Shown here in pieces: positions 12,101 through 24,600 of a stretch of DNA of 64,000 bases (positions are counted from its first letter, which is position 1; every line of letters begins with the position of its first letter). The stretch covers positions 131,380,001 to 131,444,000 of the forward strand of contig CM059432.1 in assembly GCA_030390025.1 (NCBI GenBank). The letters run 5' to 3'. Origin of the DNA: Squalus acanthias. Taxonomy: Eukaryota. The position numbers and the translations under genes are program-made. The notes under the pieces were generated by a model. It made no database searches. It was not told where the DNA came from and was given only the letters and a program-made list of their open reading frames with translations.

Positions 12101-12971
12101 ACTGTTTCTGATATTTCAGACAGTAAAATTGGTGAGAGTGCATTAGCGAGAAATAGCGAAAGAGAGAGAGAGAATAGAAAAGGAGACACAGTCATGAAGG
12201 GACAGAGACAAAAGAAAGAATCCTTATGACATTCTAGAATATATTTTCTTTTCCAGGGTGCTGCACCTATTAACTATCATCTTTAAAGATGCTGTTAAAA
12301 AATAGAACATCAGTGCAAGGCACTATAGAATGGTGGGACATGGGCTTACGTACACAATACATTTCATTTCTGAGGCTGCAATCTGAACTATGCTACAGCA
12401 GAGAAATTACAAACTAAGAGTAGATGTTTCTCCAGAGGGAGGACAAGTCATCACTAGGCCACTTTTATATAGCTTTTAGCAGCTGGCTCTTAGTAGTTTG
12501 GGATCAGATTATGCAGCAAACTTTTTGGTCCCATTTGGTCCGTGGCATGTGGGGCCCATGAAAAATATGAAAAAATGGTTCAAAACCCTCAAAAAAGTTG
12601 ATTCAGAGATTCATTTCACAGCCAAATTGCAAAGCAAGATGAGTGACTACTGGTCAATTGAATCCTGGGAAAGTCTTACCTTCAGCAAAGCCAATATTCA
12701 CCCCAAGTGGGTTGTTTTGTTCTGCAAAGCTATTGTGGGTCCCTCCAGTCAGCATATCGTTGGCACTGGAGGAGCAAAAGTCATTTTCAAAACAGTTGCA
12801 CAGGCAAGGAGGAACAATTTAACGAGGGTCATCGGGCTTTTCAAAGTATTAGGAAGTTCTGCATTGAAAATTGGGCAAGTAAATAAGGCATAAACTGCCT
12901 TTCAATATTTGTGGTTTTATACAGATCAGCATTAAATTTCAAAATATGTTTAGTATATTTACCAATTTATC

Positions 12972-13300
12972 TCAGTTGGTAGCACTCTTGTCTCTGAACC
13001 AGTAGGTTGTGGATTCTAGCCCCACTCCATATTTCCTAAGTACACAATTTAGTCTGACACTTCAATGCAGTACTGAGGGAAGCTACATTGTCAGAGGTGG
13101 CACCTCTTGGGTGAAATTTTAAACTGCAGCCTTCTCTGCCTGTTCAGGTGGCCATGAAAGATCTTATAGCACTATTTTTGAAGGAGAGTGAGAAATTCTC
13201 CTGGTGTCCTGGCCAAAATTACTCCCTCAACCAATACCACTAACTCGCTTTATAACTCATTTGCTGTTTGTGTGATGTTGCTGTGTGCAAAATTGGCAGC
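12972..13300 (+). mobile_element. Degenerate DeuSINE
   Basis: tRNA-like head plus a decayed Deu domain; homologous to the reverse complement of 57288..57737. Confidence 0.65.
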
Positions 13301-13464
13301 CAATTCACTGCAGTCCATGGCTCGGATAGACCCGCCCTTCTGTCAAAGAGGGCTGTGTGGGAAGAATGAAAGTAGGAAGAAAATAAGGAATGGATAAAGC
13401 ACCACTAAATTGTTGCTCTGTCGCATGCAAGTGGCTTGCTTTCCTTGGCAGTGGAACCGCTCAC

Positions 13465-13770
13465 CATTTATGACCTTTCATCGTTCCGCATTCAGTGGGT
13501 TCCATGAAACAAAAGGAATGCCAGCTATTCTTGTCCATCCGCAGCTAAAAAAGCGCAGTGCTGGGTCCGTATCTCCCTCACTGGCTATTCATAATTCACA
13601 CCTGGGAGCTTCTCGCCTGGCGCACGCACGCGGCACAGATTTCCGTGACATCATTCGCATCCGACTTTGTGACGTCACAAAGGGCCATTTCGTTACACCC
13701 TGGTCGTTCTATGACGCCATCCACTAGCGGCGTTTGCTATACTGTGCGTGGCGGGACCTGGCCAGGGGCT
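13465..13770 (-). promoter_or_regulatory. Second CpG-rich promoter and candidate first exon of the divergent minus-strand gene
   Basis: CpG-rich; TGACATCA (13646-13653), TGACGTCA (13670-13677) and TGACGCCA (13712-13719); minus-strand donor ATG|gtgagc at 13465/13464. Confidence 0.5.
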
Positions 13771-14165
13771 ACTGTTATTTGTATTTCTACAGTCTAAGCT
13801 GTATTCTTTTCTAACATAACCCCTAAATTGACACAGGGTTTTCCCCCCCCGTCTCACCATCAAACCCAAACCAAAGTACCCGCCTCCTTCCTCCTCCCCC
13901 ACATTTTAAAGGGGCACCATTAATCAAGAACTCATCCACACAAAAGCAAAAGAAACTTATTAAAACTTTAAGTCATTATGTTATTACTGTTATCCACTCT
14001 ACACTCCTGCCCTTGCAGTGCCCACCGGCCGCGGGGCAGGTTTTAACTGTTTTCTAACCTGTGCTCAATAACCTGGTCCATTCACTGCAACAAGTTATGC
14101 AGATATTTAAAATAGCTATCCCTGTTATTTTTTTTGTTTTGTTTTCCGAGGTTTTTAGGTTGAGT

Positions 14166-14951
14166 TAAGAACATAAGAACATAAGAAATAGGAGCAGGAG
14201 TAGGCCAATCGGCCCATCGAGCCTGCTCCGCCATTCAATAAGATCATGGCTGATCTGATCCTAACCGCCAATCTACTATCTATCACAGAAACATCTCCTG
14301 CATCTAACAGAATTGCACACACGAAATAGGAGCAGAATCAGGCTACACAGTCCCTGGGCCCGCTCCACTACCCACAGGGCCATGACCGATCCGAACCTAG
14401 ACTCATGTCCAAATTCCTGCCCGCTCCCCGTAACCCTTAATGCCCTTTACTTCTAGGAAACTGTCTATTTCTGTTTTAAATTTAATTAATGTTGTAGCTT
14501 CTACAGCTTTTTGTGGCAGCATATTCCATGGACCTACCACCCTCTGAGTGAAGTAGTTCCTCCTCATCTCAGTTTTGAAAGAGCAGCCCCTTATTCTAAG
14601 ACTATGTCCCCTAGTTCTCGTCTCACCCGTCATCGGGAACATCCTCCCCGCATCCACCCGATCCAACCCCTTCACAATCTTATATGTTTCAATAAGATCG
14701 CCTCTCATTCTTCTGAACTCCAATGAGTAGAGTCCCAATCTACCCAACCTCTCCTCATATGACCACCCCCTCATCTCCGGGATTAACCGAGTGAACCTTT
14801 TTTGCACTGCCTTGAGAGCAAGGATGTCTTTCCTTAAGTAAGGACACCAAAACTGTATGCAGTATTCCAGGTGCGGTCTCACCAATACCTTGTACAACTG
14901 AAGCAATACCTCCCTATTTTTATATTCTATCCCCCTAGCAATGAAAGCCAA
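14166..14951 (-). mobile_element. CR1 LINE 3' fragment between the two promoters
   Basis: ORF 14403..14951: [20 protein letters not shown]...[21 protein letters not shown]; (TTCTTATG)n tail. Confidence 0.92.
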
Positions 14952-15289
14952 GCAATAAAGAGTTGCTATATTTACTGGTGGAAGATCTAAATTGTTGGTG
15001 TCGTATGAAATGGAAAAAAGTCAAATGAAAGTAGCTGTCTGGAATTATTGAGAGATTCAATGCGGTATTTCCCATTACTTCTCACTGAAGTCTTATTTGA
15101 TTCGTTTTCTTTATGAATACCTTCACTTTGAATTGGAAAATCTTTTTTCTTTTAAAGAAACAATAAATGCAACCTCTTTAGCGGCGATTATTGCGATCAA
15201 TGATAATCAACTTGCAGTCTCTGGTGGGTCAGAAGTGCCTGTAATATTTTTAGGGTTTATTCATATCTTAGTTCTGAAGTTTTGGTCAT

Positions 15290-15625
15290 CACGTTCCATT
15301 TCGAAAACGCGTTCAGCCGGCGCTGTTGCGTGACGTGACGTCAGGCCCTGTGCGGAGCGGCGCGGTTCCTGTAGCCCGTGCGGCGTGGCTCGAGCAGCGA
15401 CTGTTAGCGGGCGATGAGCGTGAACGGTCACCGGGGCGACGAGCCGGCCCCCGGGCAGTTCGAGGACGCCGAGTCCGGGGACAGGTGAAGAGCGGGGGGA
15501 GAGGGAGCGCCGACCGAGGCCACGGTATCCCCGCTTCTCCGGTTCCTGCCCAGGCCCCTGTCTGACTCACCGGGGCAGGAGCCTCTCTATAAACACCCGG
15601 AGAAGCGTCCGGGGCCGCGGCTGTT
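15290..15625 (+). promoter_or_regulatory. RIOK1 CpG-island promoter with CRE (TGACGTCA at 15336-15343)
   Basis: Abrupt GC- and CpG-rich stretch spanning exon 1; perfect CRE overlapping a second TGACG half-site about 75 nt upstream of the ATG. Confidence 0.8.
15414..15484 (+). CDS. RIOK1: RIOK1 exon 1 ([24 protein letters not shown])
   Basis: ATG inside a CpG island; PGQFEDA motif typical of the RIOK1 N-terminus; donor AG|gtgaag; 71 nt, phase 2. Confidence 0.88.
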
Positions 15626-18600
15626 TAATTAACACCAGCCATTGATGCCTCTTCCTGCTGGTACAGTGGTCCCCTGCTGGTACGGTGGTGCCCTGCTGGC
15701 ACGGTACAGCGGGGGCTCTGCTGGCACGGTGGTGCGGATCCTCAGCTAGTATGATGGTGTCCTGCTGGTATGGTGGTACCCTGCTGGCATGGTCCTGTGG
15801 GTGCCCTGCTGGTATTGGGGGTACCCTGCTGGTATGGTGGTGTCCTGCTGGTACGATGGTGCCCTGCTGGTACGATGGTGCCCTGCTGGTACGGTCCCGC
15901 GTGGGCCCTGCTGGTACGATGGTGCCCTGCTGGTACGATGGTGCCCTGCTGGTATGGTCCAGCGGAGGCCCTGCTGATACGGTTGGGCTCTGCTGGTACA
16001 GTGGCATTCTGCTGGTACAGTGGAGCCCTGCTGGTACGGTCCTACGGGTGCCCTGCTGGCTTTAGGGTGCAGTCATACAGGTGTCCTGCTGACTTTGTTG
16101 GGTACATCCTATGGGTACCCTACTGATTCTTTGCTGGGCCCTCCAGTAGCTTACCTAAGTGGCTACCCAGACAGTGAGCGTCAGCAGGCTGTTGAGTTAT
16201 GGAGGGCATCACCCAACGTCATCCTATCTTCACTGTACGTTCTCGCTGATTTTATTTTCTCCTCTCTAATCCTCCAATTCAACACTTTCCAAGACCAGTT
16301 AACTCAGCACAGAATGGGGATTGAACCTGGCACCTTACTGGTTTGTATGGCTCAGCCTTACATTGCGCAATACATTTCTGAACTGAGCCATCAAGGAACA
16401 TCTCCGAACTAAGATTCATGATCATAAAGGATGGCATTTAAACCTAAGGGGTTGTAATTTAAGGGTGATATGCATCAAAACAGCTTTCATTTTTAAACCA
16501 AAATGAATGACTGTCGCATCCAATGAGTGGCACTTGGCAGTTTGTGGAAGTTATATCTTTTGTACCAGATTAAAAGCCTAAATATATTTTTGAATTGACT
16601 ACATTACATTACCATTACAAAATCATCTATATTCAGGCACCAACACTAACTTGTTTGAGCAGCAGATAATCAACTTGGTGCTTAAGCTAACTTGCTCCTC
16701 TCATAATTTATCTTCAGAAATTTAAATTCCTCTGTTGCTTTAAACTCTCTCAACTATTGCTTTGTCAGCTTGCATCAGTGTCGGTGAGAACTATCTTGGT
16801 GCCGATGTGGATTCCTATCTATTTAATTAGCCAGATTCATCCACCTATATCCTCTTGTCCTTACTTGGAATCTGTTTCTGGTTTAATACAATTTAAGAGA
16901 AAAAAATGGTACATCATGTGGGTTCTCTAGTATCTTTGTTTTAGTGATTATGACGATTAGCAGAGCTGGATGACAGTATAAACAGGGCAACTTCATGACT
17001 TGTTGCATTCAAATGCTGAGTCTGGGAAAATTATTTAAACTCACTATAAACAGTATGTGCGAGTGAAAGGGAGACCAAATTTCAAAATAATTCAATACAC
17101 AATCTAGTGAGTTTATCAACCTCTAATCCGTGGACTTGTAGAAATAATTATAGTTCAGTTTTTTGATATTTTAGTTCTGTCAGGATGATCTAGAAAATCA
17201 AATGGTATGTTAGCTTTTGTTACAAAGGAATTAGAGTATGAGAGTAAAGAAGTCTTACTACAATTATACATGATGTGGAGATGCCGGCGTTGGACTGGGG
17301 TGGACAAAAATCAGAAGTCGCACAACACCAGGTTATAGTCCAACAGATTTATTTAATTATACAGGGCATTGGTGAGACCACACCTGGAGTACTGTGTACA
17401 GTTCTGGTCTCCTTACCTGAGGAAAGACATACTTGCCTTTGAGGGAGTGCAACAAAGGTTCACTAGACTGGTTCTTGGGATGAGGGGATTTCCCTATGAG
17501 GAGAGATTTAGTAGACTAGGCCTATATTCTCTAGAGTTTAGAAGAATGAGAGGTGATCTAATTGAAACATATAAAATTCTTAAGGGGCTTGACAGGGTTA
17601 ATGGTGAGAAAATGTTTCCCCTGGCTGGGGAATCTAGAACACGGGGTCACAGTCTCAGAATAAGGGGTCGGCCATTTAGGACTGAGATGAGAAATTTCTT
17701 CACTCAAAGGGTTGTGAATCTTTGGAATTCTCTATCCCAGAGAGCTGTGGATGCTCAGTCGTTGAGTATATTCAAGACAGAGGTCGATAGATTTTTGGGA
17801 ATTATGGGATATGGGATAGTTCGGGAAGGTGGAGTTGAGGTAGAAGATCAGGCATGATCTTGTTGAATGGCGGAGCAGGCTCAAATGGCCTACTCCAGCT
17901 CCTATTTCTTATGTTCTTGTGTCCTTATATGATTGGGATGAGAGTTAATCCAAATGAGGCATTTCCTGTAGAAAATTCTGATCTGCCTTTAGTATTTATA
18001 TGCCTCCCTATATCTGGAGTTATGATCCTGACTACTTATAGTCTGATGGGAATTTATTTGGGTCTACTGATCTTTTTTCTGAAAATTCTTGATGGCTTTA
18101 TCAATTTGATGGTTTGCAATGAGCTTCCGACCACGTATCCACGCCATTATCAAGACCACCGACTTCCACCTCCGTAACATCGCCCCACTTCACCCCTGCC
18201 TCAGCTCATCTGCTGCTGAAACCCTCCTCCATGCCATTGTTTCCTCTAGACTTGACTATTCCAACGCTCTCCTGGCCGGCCTCTCATCTTCCACCCTCCA
18301 TAAACTTGAGCTCATCCAAAACTCTACTGCCTGCAACGTTCCTTTAAGCTGCACGGCCGCGCAGCTGTCTCGAGGTCCCGTGCAGCTGTTGAGCTGGCTT
18401 CACAATGTAAAACACAGCATTTGCGCGGAAGTTTGACTGGGCCACGCAGCCCATTAAAGGGGCCGCGCATCCCCAAAAAATGTTAGGGGGAAACATTAGC
18501 TGCCTGTATCCTAACTCACACCAAGTCCTATTCACCTATCACCCCTGTGCTCGTTGACCTATATTGGCTCCTGGTCTGGCAACACCCCAATTTTAATCAA

Positions 18601-21600
18601 ATTCTCATCCTTGTTTTCAAATCCCTCTGTGTCGTCGCCCCTCCCTATCACCTTAACCTTCTCCAGCCCTACAACCCTCAGAGAGCTCTGCGCTCCTCTA
18701 ATTCTGTCCCCGATTTTAATCACTCCACCTTTGGCGGCCGTGCTTTCAGCAGTCTAGGCCCTAAATTCTGGAATTCCCTCCCAAACCTCTTTACCTCTCT
18801 CTAAGACGCTCCTTAAAACCTACCTCTTTGACCAAGCTTTTGGCCATCTGTTCCAATAACTTCTTACGTGGCTCGATGTCAGATTTTGTCTGATAACGCT
18901 CCTGTGAAGCGCCTTGGGATGTTTTACTACATTAAAGGCACTATATCAATGCAAGTTGTTGTTGTTGTTTAGTGATGGTGGCTGTCCTGAGCGCAAACAA
19001 GAGGAAGTGAGAGGGGCAGAGAAAAAAGTTGAGAGTCTGCACCTGAACAACCCAGATGAAGAGGAAGCATATATTGAGAGTGATGAAGGTGAAGACTGGG
19101 ACTGGGATGATTGTGATGGAGACCTCACCAAGCGCTATGCTGCTTCCAGGAGTTACAACCAACAGGTAATGCAATGCTTTGAAGTTTCAATCTGTGTTAA
19201 ATTAATTTATTAGGTTGTTTATAGTGGGAAATGGAAGCCAAATTGGTCCCAAAACATACATTTATAACAGCCAACATAAATGATTCTGCTGCTTTCAAAG
19301 TTAAAGAATGCTGAATAAATTCACTTTTGTGAGGGATTTTACCATCTCCAATGATTAAATTAACCTGCAATATAAACAGGACAGTTTTGCCAATAGCACT
19401 TTGTGCTACTGAATGCTCATAGCTACATTCCAGATGCAGAGCTCATCATAAATGAGAATTTTTGCAATCATCATTCAAAAAAGAACATTTTTGGAATTTA
19501 AGTCGACCATATTGTTAACACACATTGCATGTTGTAGCTATTTAAATAAGGCATTGGGCCAGAAATTCAGTTTTCCGGCTTCCTGCGGGTGCAAGCATCG
19601 CGCGCGTACTTACCTACCGCGCCTGCCGTTGTGTTTTGGGGCCCACGAGAACTTCGGGTCCTGGGCCTCCTCCAGCTGCCGGTGTGCAGTGCTTGCATGT
19701 CCCAGGAGCGCAGTTAGTTCGAAGCGTCCCCTGGGATCACGTGGGCCATGGAGAGCCAATCCTAGCAGGGCATTTTCATTCATAGATTTGACAGGAAGAC
19801 CTGTCAAATCTATGAATTGAAATCAGCCCCAAAAGCACACTTGTACTTCAAATAAATTTTTAAAAAATCACATTTTTAAAATAACTATAAGTTAAATAAA
19901 TTAACTTCTTTAAACAAAAATAAAATTTTTGAAAAAATTAAAATACTTTTTAACGTTGCTAAAAATAAACTTACCTTTCTTTAAAGTATCTAAAAAAGAT
20001 AAACCTGTTGAAATTTTTTTTTAACTGTAATTAATTAACCACTTACCTTGTTAAAAACGGGTCTTGCGCCTCCTTTTTAAAGCACAGCTTCTTCCATACT
20101 TACCTTCCCGGAGAAACCTGGAAAAAAAACGAAGTTCGCTGCGTGCGCGCAGCCTCTCCCGCGCACGCGGTTCACCTCTGAACCCCTCCCTTCACGAGAC
20201 CGGAAGTTCCGGTTTCCCGCGCATGCGCAGTGCATGCAGGAAACCGGCACTTCAAGTGGTCTTACGGGTGAGTACACAGCGCGTACTCACCCGACAAGCG
20301 CCGAATTTCTGGGCCAATATGTATTCCGACTTTAGTTGTTAGAAAAGTTAACTAGACATTCACTTTTTAAAAAATCTCCTATAGTAGTAGATGCTGATTA
20401 GTATTTTTCTTGCATTAATTTTGTAAATGAAAATTTTATTAACAGGTATTTTTTTATTATGTTTTGTAGTTATAGTTTCTTAATAACTGTATTACTGAAG
20501 TCTAATTTAATTCATTTTAAGTCCATGACAAAACATGTGACTCATAGTTTCTGCTGCAATGTTGTGTCCTTTCAGGCAAATAGACAGACTTCCTATAATT
20601 CAGCAAAGATGTCCACTCCTACAGACAAGGTTCTGAGAAAGTTTGAGCATAAAATTAATCTCGGTAAGTTTTTTATGAAAGTAACATGTCACAGAGCCCG
20701 TTACAAGCAGATAAAATAGTTTGATAAAACTTAAAAATAAAAGTGGACGGAAGACAAAGATTTAATTTTGTATTTTAAAACGCTCAAGTAAGTCATCTGG
20801 AATATTTAGTGCCTAAATGAGTGGGAGTTTCCATAGTTTTATAACTGTAGACTGCAAATTATTTGTCAAGCAAATATTGAAGGCTTGTAAATCCTATTAA
20901 CACTTAAAGCAGTAAGTTTTTGTTTGCTACCTATATTGTTTAGTTCAATTTCCACAAAGTGAGCAGTTGAAGTAGATTATCTGATTGAGTTCAAGTTCAT
21001 CAAAATGAGCATAGCATTTTAATTTCAGTTTTTGACCCTCTTGTTAATTTATTATGTATTAAAAAAAAACCTTTTGTAATAGAGCAACTTGGTATGCTAA
21101 TGCACCATGCTACAAATTGGTAGGATGTGAGTTCATGCTTGTGATTTCCCCAAAAGTTGAATTTCTAATCTCAGCGCACTAAGTGAAGCCAAAATGCATC
21201 TTTGCAGGGAGAGCAAGAGGGAAATCGGAGACAAATTAAACTGGGTCAGTATCAGGCGCCTCCTTGTGGCCAATTGCAAAGTAGTGTTGTCAGAAGCCTA
21301 GTAACTTTCCTGCCTTTTCAGATCGAGGACATGGTGCATGTTGTTGGGTGAGGAAGAAGTGTCTGAAAGCTATAAAGCAGTCTGTACTACCATCATCAAA
21401 ATAACATAGATCTTAGTGATGGGAACAGAATTGTCTTATCTAAAGAATAGTTTGTGATCTTTCGACTTGTTTTTTTTCTTAGACAAACTAAATTTTGCTG
21501 ACTCTGTGATAAACAGAGTAACTGAAAAGTCAAGGCAGAAACATACAGACATGTAAGTAAAACCTGTAATGGTAGAAACTTAAAACTAAGTAGTACCACA

Positions 21601-24600
21601 TTCTGAGCAGCTTTTACACATGCAAACGTTATGTGTGTTCTAATTATAAAAAAAGATTCCTAATACCTTATGGTTATTGATACCTAAAGAAAGACAGTGC
21701 CACCAGGGGCTGAACTAGTTTATCTAATGAGCAACTGAGCCATTTTATCAGTTCGATCCTGAGTCTGTGGTGAATTAGGTGACGTCAACTGGAGCAGCAG
21801 TCGAGATGCTACAATTGACCTCAATGCCAGGTGGTTAAGGATGGGTAAATCAGCCAGGGTTCCTACTCTTGTTTGCTGTCCAGTGACTCCTGCTGGAAGT
21901 GAGAATGGGTGAGGACAGGGTTGGGCTTGGCTGTAATGCACAGTATCCTTGGAACGGAACCTAAAAATAAGTCAATGCTCTTGAGGGAAAGGGAGAAAAA
22001 TCACAGGAAAAAAAGGAAAAGCAAGACAGGTGCACCTCAGTTGAGTTTTTAAAAATTTGTTCTTGGGTTGTGGGCATCGCTGTCATGGCCACATTTATTG
22101 CTGTCACTAGTTCCCCCGAGAAGGTTACGGTAGGCCTTCCTCTTGAACTGCTGCAGTCCTTATGGTGATGGTGTTAGGTAAGGAATTCCAGTATTTTGTT
22201 CAGTCTCTAGGTAATGCCTATCAACTCTGCTTTCATTGAGGTTGGATAATGGCCAAGATTTTGCTGAAAAAATAACGACGTCTGGATGACGCACCCCGTT
22301 GTTAATGCGCAAATTGGGCAGCAACATCTGGCGAGGAAGAGATACCCCGCGAATCGCTGCCCTATTTGCGTCGCCCTGGCCGTAACCTCCACGTGATTTT
22401 CATGAAGTTGCTGTATTTGCACATTAATTGTCCATTTCACCACAGAAAGTTAAGTCTAGTGATTAATAATGTAAATATCCTTTTAACGACTTGATAATTG
22501 TTATGATTGCCAATCAACCTCTCTGGCCAAGAAAGTGAACAATTATAAGTATGGACTCTCATTCCTTCAAGTAGTGAACTATTGTTGGAGATTTTTAAAA
22601 AATGTCTTACTTTTCCTTTGTCTCTTTTCTCTCTCGCTTAATTTAATCTTTCTTTCCCTCTCTTTATTTCACTTTCTGTACCTGATTTGATATTGAATTC
22701 ACCCACTTTAATTCACCCTCCTCCTTGGTCCTTCCTGTGTTTATTTCTCAATCCTTTCATCTCATTGGTTAAGTTGTCCTGTTGTACACCAAGTCCCAGA
22801 TGCCCTGTTGCCCTCTCTGCCCGATTATCAGTTCGTTCGGACTTCCAACAACTTTGTGGGCAAAAAATTTTAAAACCTACACATGCACAGCACGAACAAG
22901 TCTAACTAACAGGGCACACCTCGTGATGCCCCACTCCAGCAAAATCCATGCCCATGTTTTAATACCTGAATGTAATTAATTCCTTAGTTATTGCATTTGA
23001 TGTTTCATTGTAGACTTGATTCCTGAGAGACTTCTGTATGGCACTGTATTGGCTTTCCAGGATCAATTCTGACTGTGGCAAGTGACATACACTGGCAGTG
23101 TATATCGAATAGGTTTTTCTAATAACCATTATATTTAATGTAGTCTGTACACAATTTTTTTTTTAAAATGTGATGTTTGCCACAGTTAGGTTATACCTCG
23201 GATGTTGCTTAGAACTCTTGAGTCACCTGAAATTTAGTGCATTTGAGCTGGTTCAACTTCTTCATTTTTGTCCATTTGTTTTTTAGGTATCGAGTTAAAG
23301 ATAAATCTGACCGAGCCACTGTAGAACAGGTAATAGTCAGTTATACTAATTAAAGATGCACATGAAGCATTTGAAATAATGTGTATTACGATGTTACTTT
23401 TAATCAGGACGTGCTTGACATTGGTAACTTGTTTCAGAAAATTAAAGAAAACATTAAAAAAAACTTGTACTCATCAAAAGTATTAACATATTTTGAATTT
23501 GTAAAAGTTTGAACTTTTGTATTGCCTTTTTAAGGATTGTGTATAATCTATAGTTTGTGGGCTCCAGTACAGAGATGAGCGTATTTTAATATCTAATGTA
23601 GGGTCAGATAAATTACCTTCATAATTATTTTATCTGACATTTTTAATCTGCCACATTCAATTTTGTCTGGTAATTTTTAAGCAGCAGTAGCAATGAAATG
23701 AGCAAATATTCTTTTTAATTTAGCCAGAGTTATCTTTTTTGGATTACATAATTAGGTTACTGACCAATGTTAAATCATTTATTTTCAAAAATTGAGTAAT
23801 TAAAGGAAATGGAAAGTTGGGGCATTATTTTCTAGCTCTAAAATAAGATTAGATATTTTTCTTTTGTGGTACTTTGCCTGTTATGACATACCATGGACTT
23901 TTCTGATCTTGCAGAGACCCACTGTTTGGGGTTTCTGCATCCCTCCTCAGCCACTCCATGATGAATGTTACAGGTGTGTGTCTTTGGAGAGATTGCATTT
24001 AGTGCAATGGGGTCTGCCCTGGAATCTGGAGTTGCCCAACCATGGAAAGAACTCTAGGGTGTGTGTGCAGTATTACCCAGATACTGGTGCAGTTTTTGCT
24101 TTTTGGATGACTCATTTGCAGCTCCCCTGCTGACCTCCATTGCCGTGTATGCACACACTCCATCCTCGTAACATATAATGCAGAGAGGGTATGGAGTGCA
24201 GAAAGGCAGAAACCAGATATGGTAGGTCTCCATGAGGGCAGAAAAATGCATGTTGGTCATAGGCTAAAAGGTATATTTCTGTCCATATTCCAATCAAGGT
24301 CCTAACCATACCTGGGAGTGCCTTTTAGATTGTGCAAATGCCCTGATCAGCTAATGTAAACCAAGGTTTTTTTAAAAGCTCAAGTTTTACTGTTATATTA
24401 ATTCTTAGGTACTAGATCCAAGAACGCGAATGATTCTGTTTAAAATGCTGAGCAGAGGAGTGATCTCTCAAATCCATGGATGTATCAGTACAGGGAAGGA
24501 GGTAAATCAGGGTGATGAGAATCACTTCAAAATGATAAATATAAAATATACACTGTGAATTTATACCTTTTTATCACTAGATCACTGGCTTGGATCAGAT

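Noticed and set aside
12680..12858. Possible additional minus-strand exon (caatgcag| ... AAG|gtaaga)
   Set aside because: Splice sites look good but there is no phase-compatible open frame. It could be a 5'UTR exon, but this cannot be supported without transcripts.
13499..13510. RFX X-box-like GTTCCATGAAAC
   Set aside because: Shorter than the canonical X-box and could arise by chance.
15326..15565. ORFs 15326..15565 (+) and 15313..15570 (-)
   Set aside because: Artefacts of the GC-rich CpG island. The real coding frame is RIOK1 exon 1, starting at ATG 15414.
15567..16126. Several 60-146 aa ORFs on both strands, and a CRISPR-like appearance
   Set aside because: They are translations of the 19-bp minisatellite. 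There are no unique spacers or cas genes, and the context is eukaryotic.
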